Below, piece by piece: positions 45,883 through 54,006 of a DNA stretch of 64,000 nt. Position numbers and translations under genes: made by a program. Below the pieces are notes generated by a model. It was not told the DNA's origin. It saw only the letters and a program-made list of their open reading frames with translations, and searched no databases. Origin of the DNA: Opitutia bacterium (GTDB lineage: Bacteria; Verrucomicrobiota; Verrucomicrobiia; Opitutales; Opitutaceae); assembly GCA_947478395.1 (NCBI GenBank), contig CANJVR010000003.1:64001-128000 (forward strand). The letters are read 5' to 3'. The stretch's first letter is position 1; every line of letters begins with the position of its first letter.

Positions 45883-48765
45883 TTAAGGGGTGACCTGCAC
45901 GAGGCGCTCCGTGGCGGAAGGAGCCGGCGAATACTCGGCCGTGGCGCCGTTCGACGGGCGACGTTGTTGAAAAGGAACTGAATTGACGATGCCATTGACC
46001 AAAACGGAAGGCTTGCCGCCCGAGGCTTCGAGCTGGGCCACGATCTGGTCGAGCGCGAGCGTATCGTAGTAATCCAAGCCGCGACCGAGAGCGTAAGTGA
46101 GCATTTTCTCAGTGACGCTGTAATAGAAATCGCGCCGCCGCGACGTGGTCAAAATATGCTTCAGCTCGCGGATATCAGAAAAGGATTCACCCGTGATGAG
46201 CGTGCCCGCCGGCTGCACCGGCTGGCCCATGTCGGTCGTCCGCCACATGCCCATCGCGTTAAAATTTTCCAACGCGAGGCCCAGCGGATCCATGCGGGAG
46301 TGGCAGGAAGCGCAGATCGGTTTCTTCGCGTGGAGAGCGAGCGTATCGCGCAGGTTGAGGTTGCGCAATTCCTCCGGACTCGCGGCGTCCTCGAGCGGAG
46401 GAATATCGGGCGGAGGCGGTGCGGGCGGTGTACCCAGAATAGCGCCGAGGATGAATACCCCGCGTTTCACCGGGGAGGTACGTGTCGGATTCGATGTCAC
46501 GGCAAGCACCGTGCCCTGGGTCAGAACTCCGCCACGCGGACTGCCCTCAGGCAGGGTGACCTTGCGCATGGCAGAGCCGGTCACGCCCTCAATTCCGTAG
46601 TGCTTCGCGAGCTCTTCGTTCAGGAAGGTATAATTGCTCTCCAGCAATTCGAGCAGACTGCGGTCCTCCTTCAACACGTCGGCGAAGGTCATTTCGGTTT
46701 CCTGCAGCATCGCCTTGCGGAGGCTATCGGTCATTTGCGGTTTAGGATCGGGATTGCCGAAACCGTTGCCGTTTCCGGGCGGGGCAAACTGCCGCGGAAA
46801 GCTGTTCACCAGCTGTCGAGCGGCGTTGAGTTGATCCGATTCTTCCGCCGTCAGCGCCGAACGCGGCTTGGCGTTAAGCCGGGCGAACGCGGCTTTCGCT
46901 TCCTCGTATTGGGGATTCGGATGATCGCGCAGATAAATATCCATCGCCGTGAGCTGCACGGTCGTGATGTCACGCGCTTGCAGCCACTGGCCCGTGAAAT
47001 TTCGCACTAACTCATCCGCCCGCGGTGAGTCGAGCAAGCGCTTCATTTGGGCGGGCAGATTTGCGCGCAACTGACCCGCACCCGCCAGCTTGATCAGCTC
47101 GGCATCAGGCATGGATGACCAGAAGAAATAGGAAAGGCGTGAGGCCAGCGAGTATTCGTCCACGAGGGGATTCGCCTGCCCTTTCTTCAGCGGCTCACTC
47201 TGGTCCTCACGGAAAATAAATGTCGGCGAAGCGAGGACCGCGACCATGGCCTGGGCAACGCCATCTTCGAAGGTGCGCGTCGGCTGGATGGAAACTTTCT
47301 CCGCGAGCGCCACCAGGCGATCGAGCGTTGCCGTATCGACGGGATGGCGAAACGCGCGCGTGGCAAACTTCTCCAGAATCTCACGGGCATACAGCGACCG
47401 CGCCTTGGCCGCCGTCGGCACATCGCGGGGGAAATATTTATCATAACCCGGAGTCTTCGCCCAAAATTCCGGCGCCAGCGGCCCACGGAGCGTGATGGCA
47501 TTGATGCGCAGGCGAAGGTTGCGGTACTGCGGGGTCTCCGGCCCGAGCGGCTTGATCTCCAGCGCGAGCTCATGCCCGCCGGCCGCCAAATCGCGATCGA
47601 ACGTGTATTCGAATTTCCGGCCATAGCCCTCACGGACAAACTCCGCATCGATCAACGGCTCCCCGTCGAGCGTGAGAATCACCTGACATTTGTTCAGATC
47701 AAATTTGTCATCGGCGTAGGTCTCCTGCGCGAGCAGGTCGACCAACACTTGGTATTTACCCGCGTGTGCGAGCGTGTGTTTCGCCGCCACCACGGCCGGC
47801 GTATAGTATGACAGCACCACCGTGTCGCCCTCGACCGTCGGCACGGGCCGCGTCACCGGCGGCGGGCCGCCGCCGCGGCGACCGCCTTGACCGCGCTGGA
47901 ATTGGCCGCGGCCCGGCAACGCTCCGCGTCCGGCCGCACCCGGCGGCGCTCCGGCGGCCACCACGGCTCCTGGCGGGACGTCGCCATTTGCGACGTTGGC
48001 GGCGGCGGGTGGCAGAACCGGAGCGACCGGCGGCGTGATCGCCGGAGCTTCCGCTGGCGCCGCGGCCGGAGCCGCCGCGACCTCACCGGCCGGCGGAGTT
48101 TTCGGCGCCGGCAGCGTGGTATCGACTTTAATGGTCGCAAACTCGCGGCCGAGGATCGGCTCTTCGACCACAATGCGTGGCTTGATCACTACGGCCTTCC
48201 CCACGACCGTCTGCGCCGCGTCGAGGTACTTCTCGAGGAGCATGGGCGAAATCGTCAGAACATCCGCAATGTTGTCGAAGCCGTAGCCGGTGTCGTCCGA
48301 TGGAAATTCTTTGAGCGTATCAAAATCGATGCCCATCAGATCGCGCACCGTGTTGCGGTACTCGACGCGATTGAGTCGGCGGACCGTGACGCGGCCCGGA
48401 TCGGGTTTAGCGGGATCGAGGCCGAGACCTTCCTGTTTAATCCAAGCCATGAGCTTCTGCGCCTCGGCCGGCGGCAAAGCATCCGCCTCGGCCGGGGGCA
48501 TAATGCCCGACCGGACATTCCGCAGCGCCCGGAGCCAAAGTTTATGATCCCGCAGCGATGCGACGTCCGTAAACGAATCAAACGATACCTGACCTTTTTC
48601 GGCGCCGTCGCCGTGGCACTCGAAGCAATATTTCTCGAGCAGCGGCTTGATTTCCGTGCGGAACTTTACCAAAGCCGGATCATCGGCGGCGACCGCACCT
48701 CCGGAAACGAAAATGAAAATAGCCGAGCCAACAATGCGCCGGAGGGAAACGGGAGGGAATGACAT
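45883..48765 (-). CDS. DUF1587/DUF1592/DUF1588/DUF1585 multidomain c-type cytochrome
   Basis: CFECH and CASCH heme motifs, RRLNRVEYRNTVRDL, LASRLSYFFWSSMPD, RTSPVKRG, LTYALGRGL. Confidence 0.9.
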   Translation of the reverse strand: MSFPPVSLRRIVGSAIFIFVSGGAVAADDPALVKFRTEIKPLLEKYCFECHGDGAEKGQVSFDSFTDVASLRDHKLWLRALRNVRSGIMPPAEADALPPAEAQKLMAWIKQEGLGLDPAKPDPGRVTVRRLNRVEYRNTVRDLMGIDFDTLKEFPSDDTGYGFDNIADVLTISPMLLEKYLDAAQTVVGKAVVIKPRIVVEEPILGREFATIKVDTTLPAPKTPPAGEVAAAPAAAPAEAPAITPPVAPVLPPAAANVANGDVPPGAVVAAGAPPGAAGRGALPGRGQFQRGQGGRRGGGPPPVTRPVPTVEGDTVVLSYYTPAVVAAKHTLAHAGKYQVLVDLLAQETYADDKFDLNKCQVILTLDGEPLIDAEFVREGYGRKFEYTFDRDLAAGGHELALEIKPLGPETPQYRNLRLRINAITLRGPLAPEFWAKTPGYDKYFPRDVPTAAKARSLYAREILEKFATRAFRHPVDTATLDRLVALAEKVSIQPTRTFEDGVAQAMVAVLASPTFIFREDQSEPLKKGQANPLVDEYSLASRLSYFFWSSMPDAELIKLAGAGQLRANLPAQMKRLLDSPRADELVRNFTGQWLQARDITTVQLTAMDIYLRDHPNPQYEEAKAAFARLNAKPRSALTAEESDQLNAARQLVNSFPRQFAPPGNGNGFGNPDPKPQMTDSLRKAMLQETEMTFADVLKEDRSLLELLESNYTFLNEELAKHYGIEGVTGSAMRKVTLPEGSPRGGVLTQGTVLAVTSNPTRTSPVKRGVFILGAILGTPPAPPPPDIPPLEDAASPEELRNLNLRDTLALHAKKPICASCHSRMDPLGLALENFNAMGMWRTTDMGQPVQPAGTLITGESFSDIRELKHILTTSRRRDFYYSVTEKMLTYALGRGLDYYDTLALDQIVAQLEASGGKPSVLVNGIVNSVPFQQRRPSNGATAEYSPAPSATERLVQVTP

Positions 48766-49253
48766 GACGTGGGGTGTAACCAAAATTGAGGCCGGTTGAG
48801 AAATCGTGGCTCAAACAAAAGCCTTGGCCAATCGGAGCGATTTCACGGCAATTAAGAGCACACGGGAAAGACGTGATTTCAAGCCCCTAGGTGCGTGAAA
48901 TTTTCGGTCGCGGGATCGCGTCGTCCGCTCGGCCGATGACTCACCTTGCGATACCAGAGGTCGCGCGAGTGATTAAGTACTTCGGGCGACAAAAATGCCT
49001 CCATCCGGGAGGAACCACGCAAAAGATTTCCCAGGTGGGGGATCGTCGGGCCAAGGCTCCGGAGCCCGCGGCTCAGGGCTGGTTCATGCGGCACAAGAAT
49101 GGATCAGAATTGGCCCAGATCGCCATATTCAAGAGTGGTTTAAGAAGGCTAGCAGCCAAGATGCCATCTGCGGATTCGGGCTTTGGCTAATCTCATGAGC
49201 GTTTGCTGCGGTTCGATCATTTTGTCTCCAGCCGATCAGCGGCTCGGCCAGAG

Positions 49254-51164
49254 TTACCGTTTCCAGCCGAGGCGCGTGGCTTCGGCGAAATGTCGCGCAG
49301 CTTCATCGGTCCGGCCGCTTTGGCGCAGCGCTTCGGCGAGGTTGGCATGGCCCTCGGCGAAATTTGGATCGATCTGGATGGCCTGACGGAAATGGTCCAT
49401 GCCTTCGTCCAGACGTTTGGCCATCATCAAGGCGCGACCAAAGGAGTTTTGAATATACGCGCGGTTGGGGGCCAGTTTCCCGGCCCTTTCAAAATGCGGC
49501 CACGCTTCGTCCAACCGGTTCAAAAGCACCAGCAGGACCGCCCAGCTAAATTCCGGATCGGGACTCTGGGGGTTGAGGCGAACGGCTACGGCAAAATTTT
49601 CGAGCGCTCCAGGCGCGTCGCCCTTCTGCCCCAATACCACGCCAAGGTTGAAATGCGCCTCGGGCAAAGCGGGATTCAACTCTACGGCGAGCTTCAATTG
49701 TTTTTCCGCCGCATCGGCCCGACCGAGATTCTTCCACGCCATGCCGAGCCCATACCGCGCCAGGGCGTGATCCGGCTCGATTTGGAGCGTGCGTTCGAAA
49801 TGAGGGACAGCGGCAGCGGGATTGCTCAATCCCATCAGGGCAAAGGCGAAACTATACTCATACTTAGCCGATTGCGGGACGAGCCGTACGGCCGCATCGA
49901 AATGCGGCAGCGCCTCGTTCGACCGACCGGCCGAAACCAACAGGTTGCCTAGATTATTATGCGCGATTGCTGCGTTCGGATTTTTGGCAAGCGTCGCTTC
50001 GTAAAGCGCGAATTCCGTTCGATAATTTGAGCTCTGGCGCCACGTCAGCGTGCCCAGCAAAATCGCCCCGCCCACGATGATCGTGGACGGAAGCCCCAGC
50101 GGCCAGCGACCGAGAACCCGGGTAAAGCCGGCTCCCGCCAGCGCAAATATGCCCAAGCTCGCGAGGTACTGAAAATGGTCAGCCACATACGAGAAACGAA
50201 ATGGGTAAACGTTCACGAAGCCCAAGGCGGGAAACAACGAGCCCACAAAAAACAGCAGGGCCACGATGAGCCCGCGCTGCCGTCGCCAGTGCCAGGCCGC
50301 CGCAGCCGCCACCACGATCCCAAGCGGGAAAATAAACTGCCACCCCAGCGCGCCATCGATTTTCCAGCGGGGATAAATGAAAATCAAATCGACCGGATAA
50401 AGGAGCTTCCCGAAGTAAAACCAGATGACGCGGCTGGCGAGCAGTGCGCGTTGCAGCGCGTTGAGGGCGAAATCCTCGTCACGGGCCCCGATGAATTCCC
50501 GTTCCACCCACGACGTGAGCATTCCGCCCAGCAGCGCGAGGCAGAACCACGGCAAAAGAGGCGCGACATCGCGCCGAAACTCCAGCCGGCCGCGTTTCCA
50601 CCAAAAGATCAAAAGGAGCGCAGCGGGCAGACTCGCGGTCACCGTCTTCGATCCAAGGGCGAGAAGGAAAAAAGCCGTCGCAATCGCATAGTGGCCCCGC
50701 CGGCGGCTTGCGTCGAAACGAAGATAGGCCAGCGCCGCCAACAGGTACCCCACCAACGACAGCGTATTTTTTTGTTCAGAGATCCAAGCCACCGATTCGA
50801 CGCTGACCGGATGAAGCAAAAACAAGCCCGCGGCGAACCAGGCCCCGGGCACATCTAGCCGTCGGAGCACGCCCGCAAACAAGCACGAGGCGGCGGCGTG
50901 CAACAGCACGTTCACCCCGTGATAGCCCATCGGGGAGTCGCCGAATGCGAGGTGCTCGAGCCAGAACGCCGTATGAACGACCGGATAATATTGTTGGGTC
51001 GCTCCGATCTCGAACCAGATGCGTCTCAAGCCATCGAGGGACTGCAGCGCCGGCCGAACGACATGGGCCGCATCGTCCCAGATAAACCCGGCGGAAAACA
51101 CGGGCCCATAGACCACCAACGCCGCGACGAAAAATCCGGCGACCCACGTCCAGGATTTTTTCAT
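49254..51164 (-). CDS. TMTC-like GT-C glycosyltransferase membrane protein with C-terminal TPRs
   Basis: FIWDD, YYPV, YHGVNVLLH, HPVSVESVAWISE, LGSK, ADHFQY followed by TPR repeats. Confidence 0.82.
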   Translation of the reverse strand: MKKSWTWVAGFFVAALVVYGPVFSAGFIWDDAAHVVRPALQSLDGLRRIWFEIGATQQYYPVVHTAFWLEHLAFGDSPMGYHGVNVLLHAAASCLFAGVLRRLDVPGAWFAAGLFLLHPVSVESVAWISEQKNTLSLVGYLLAALAYLRFDASRRRGHYAIATAFFLLALGSKTVTASLPAALLLIFWWKRGRLEFRRDVAPLLPWFCLALLGGMLTSWVEREFIGARDEDFALNALQRALLASRVIWFYFGKLLYPVDLIFIYPRWKIDGALGWQFIFPLGIVVAAAAAWHWRRQRGLIVALLFFVGSLFPALGFVNVYPFRFSYVADHFQYLASLGIFALAGAGFTRVLGRWPLGLPSTIIVGGAILLGTLTWRQSSNYRTEFALYEATLAKNPNAAIAHNNLGNLLVSAGRSNEALPHFDAAVRLVPQSAKYEYSFAFALMGLSNPAAAVPHFERTLQIEPDHALARYGLGMAWKNLGRADAAEKQLKLAVELNPALPEAHFNLGVVLGQKGDAPGALENFAVAVRLNPQSPDPEFSWAVLLVLLNRLDEAWPHFERAGKLAPNRAYIQNSFGRALMMAKRLDEGMDHFRQAIQIDPNFAEGHANLAEALRQSGRTDEAARHFAEATRLGWKR

Positions 51165-51291
51165 CGCAGACCCCAGAGGCTGGGCGGTGAAGCTGAAAAG
51201 CGGGCAGACATCGAATTCTTAACAGACCGCAACGACAGACCAAATCCGCCGCGTCGTAAAGTTCCTCCGCAAAAAAAATGGGAGCGTCTGC

Positions 51292-51390
51292 TTACAACCG
51301 TGCAAGTTTCCCCATGGCCGCTTGGGGTCGCGGCGGGCGTCCCTGCCTGCTATGGCGTTAACGGCTACGGTTTTGGTTAAACCGCTCGAG
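51292..51390 (-). mobile_element. MITE-like element copy C (reverse orientation, internally deleted)
   Basis: Reverse complement CTCGAGCGGTTTAACCAAAACCGTAGCCGTTAACG...GCAGGCAGGGACGCCCGCCGCGACC...CGGCCATGGGGAAACTT aligns with copies A and B. Confidence 0.6.
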
Positions 51391-51477
51391 AGCATTTGAA
51401 AGGAAGGCCGCAGCCAGAGTGGTCATTGTGGCGGCGGACTTCGCGCACCTTGCCATGACAATGGAAAATGACCGCGA

Positions 51478-53727
51478 TTACGGCGGTGGCGCCCGCCGCG
51501 CAACCGCCAGCGCTTTCGCTTCCGCCAGCTCGCTCATCGACATCCGCGCTTTCAATTTAGCCACGAGCGCCGGCTGATTGGCGCGCACGAACGCCAGCGC
51601 GGCTTCGTCATCGGCCGCTCGGCTGGCCGCAATGGCGAGCGCGGCCAGCCCCAGCGCATCGTTGCGGGGCGTCAACCGGTCCTCGGCGGCGAGGCGGCCC
51701 AACGTATGAAGCGACGCAAAGTGTCCGAGCTCCGCGGCCCGACGATAAAACTCGCACGCCTTCGCGAGATCCGGTGCGACGCCGATGCCGTATTCGTAGC
51801 AGACCGCGACGTTGTGCATCCCTTTCACTTCGCCGCCCTGAGCGAGCGCGGAATAAAGCGCGAAGACCCGCTCGGGCTGCACCGGTACCCCAAGTCCCCG
51901 CGCAATCATGTCGGCCAAGCGGAAGCCGGCCTCGAGATTGCCCAGCTGATACTGTCGCTCGAACTCCGCGTAGGCCGCCGCGTGATTGCCCGCCCGAACC
52001 GCAGCGTCAGCAGGGCCAAGATCGAATTGGGCGATGCGGCCCTGTTCATCGATGAACATCGCCGGCTGGTAATCGCCCGCGAATTCTCTGGTCCAGTAGC
52101 GCCCCGTGCGATCCAGCGTGGCGGGATCGGTGAAAGTGAAACGGTAGCGGCGCATGCGAATCACGGCGGGCGGGCGGTCCGTAAACGGATCGCGTTCGAA
52201 CAGCGCCATCACCCGTGGATTTCGTGCCAGCAGATGCGCCGCGGTGGGCGCGACGACGGAGGGCTTGGATCCCCGCAGGCTCGAGGCGTGGAGCGTGTAA
52301 TCGAAGCGCGGGAAATAGGGCGCGATGAATTCCGGCTGGCGTTCCGGCAGCTGCGGCAGATGCCGGAGCGGGTAGGTCCGCCACGTGCGACCGCCATCGT
52401 TCGAGCCCTCCAGGTCGATTTGAAAATGAGCCGACTCGAAACGGGCATAGAGGCTGTAACCGTTGGCGCTGCGAAAATCCCTGAAGAGACGGACCGCCGC
52501 AGGCGGGTCTTCGAATGGCCCGCTGCAAGTATCGGCAAAGTAATACAGCGTGAGGGCAAAATGCAGCCCGAGCACCGCGCGCAAACCGTGCAAGCTCCAC
52601 CGCGAAATCGCACCGGGCGCGCGAGGCGTCGCGCGGGCAAAAAAATCGCCCAGCGACGCCCAACGCAGCCGGCGGGCGGCCGAGGCAAGCATCTGGTCGT
52701 CGAGCAAGAGGAGCCCCAAGACGAACGCCGCGGTGTTGAGCCAGCCGAAATTAGTGGTGAGCTGAATTCCGGCCTGCAGCATCGCCCAAAGGCCGAACGC
52801 GAGCCACCGTCCGCGCCGTCCACCGATCAGCGCCAGCAGCGGCGCGAGTAGCTCCGCCGCGTAAGTGAACCAAATCTCGAAAACATGATACGCGTGCGGC
52901 AGTTGGTGGATCCAGTAGCCGGCGATGGTCGGCGACGGGCTCGTCTCATACATCACGTCCATCGCGGTCCAGTTGCGCCACAGCGGGCCGTCTGAGAACA
53001 CTTTCACCAGACCCGAAAGCAACATCACGCGGAGGAGCAGCCAGCGCATCATGAAAACCGCGAGCGGTCGCGGCGGGTGCGAGGCGCCCAAGCCGGGCCG
53101 GATTCCGGGCGGGGCAAACGCCATCGAGATCAGCGCCACCTCCAGCAGCAACCCGTCTTGCTGGGACGGCGTAAACTCGATCCACGTGGCGACGAAGGAG
53201 AGGAAGCAAGCCCAACACACCAACAAGGTCAGCCGCGGCCAAAGATTAAAGAACAGGGCCACCGCCGCGGCGAAGCCGAGCCACGCCACGGCCGTGATCG
53301 CTCCCGCGCCCGCATCGAGCCAGAAGAGGCTGGGCGCGCTAACAAACCCGCTGAAAAACCCGGGCGCCACGCTCCGCAGATGTTTGAGATACAGCGCGAC
53401 CGGGGAGATCCCATTCGGACCCGCCAGCGCCTGCCCTTCCACAACGATGCAGAGGAAGGCGAGAACGAAGATGAGACCCAAGCCCCGCAGCACAAACCAG
53501 CGCGGCCAAAGGAGGCTCGCATCGCCCGCCGCGCCGGAAAACTCCTTCACGTTGTGCCAGAGCTGCGCCGGCAGCGAGCGGGAGGGCGCCCCCCCGACCG
53601 CACCTTCCGGCCGTTTTGTCTCGCGGGCGAAATTCACCGCTACGGCCGGCGCGGACTTTGCATCGCGTGCGCCTTCCAGCGGCAGAGCGGAGCGAGCGGG
53701 GGCGGGCTGGCGGGGTTTCTTTGACAC
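51478..53727 (-). CDS. Lipase maturation factor (LMF) family membrane protein fused to C-terminal Sel1-like repeats
   Basis: LMF-type motifs LAGPNGISP, PSLFWL, DGLLLE, RWLLLRVMLLSGLVK, YETSPSP, TTNFGWLN, EGSNDG, APYFPRFD; Sel1 repeats with YEYGIGVAPDLAKACEFYRRAAELG. Confidence 0.82.
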   Translation of the reverse strand: MSKKPRQPAPARSALPLEGARDAKSAPAVAVNFARETKRPEGAVGGAPSRSLPAQLWHNVKEFSGAAGDASLLWPRWFVLRGLGLIFVLAFLCIVVEGQALAGPNGISPVALYLKHLRSVAPGFFSGFVSAPSLFWLDAGAGAITAVAWLGFAAAVALFFNLWPRLTLLVCWACFLSFVATWIEFTPSQQDGLLLEVALISMAFAPPGIRPGLGASHPPRPLAVFMMRWLLLRVMLLSGLVKVFSDGPLWRNWTAMDVMYETSPSPTIAGYWIHQLPHAYHVFEIWFTYAAELLAPLLALIGGRRGRWLAFGLWAMLQAGIQLTTNFGWLNTAAFVLGLLLLDDQMLASAARRLRWASLGDFFARATPRAPGAISRWSLHGLRAVLGLHFALTLYYFADTCSGPFEDPPAAVRLFRDFRSANGYSLYARFESAHFQIDLEGSNDGGRTWRTYPLRHLPQLPERQPEFIAPYFPRFDYTLHASSLRGSKPSVVAPTAAHLLARNPRVMALFERDPFTDRPPAVIRMRRYRFTFTDPATLDRTGRYWTREFAGDYQPAMFIDEQGRIAQFDLGPADAAVRAGNHAAAYAEFERQYQLGNLEAGFRLADMIARGLGVPVQPERVFALYSALAQGGEVKGMHNVAVCYEYGIGVAPDLAKACEFYRRAAELGHFASLHTLGRLAAEDRLTPRNDALGLAALAIAASRAADDEAALAFVRANQPALVAKLKARMSMSELAEAKALAVARRAPPP

Positions 53728-53943
53728 GGAGTCAGGCGTTGGGGCAGGCGCTCCAGAAATGGAAATTCACCGACGGTGTCGAGCGTTAGCCCGTATCCAC
53801 CACACCCAAGCTCTTCGATGCGCACCCGCCGAAGGAGGATGCCAAGGATGAGTTGACATCCTCCTCCTGACACGGGTTCGCGGCGGGCAGAGCAGAGCGT
53901 GATGGAGCGGGTTAGGGCGCGCATTGTGATGATGCTCGCTGGC

Positions 53944-53977
53944 AAAAAAAAGAGCCCGGCGCGGACGCCGGGCTCTT
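53944..53977 (-). terminator. Intrinsic terminator of TBDR 54007-57060
   Basis: AAGAGCCCGGCG-CGGA-CGCCGGGCTCTT with a T8 tail on the minus strand. Confidence 0.88.
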
Positions 53978-54006
53978 GGGAGTAACATGCGCTCGAGCGC
54001 GAAACC

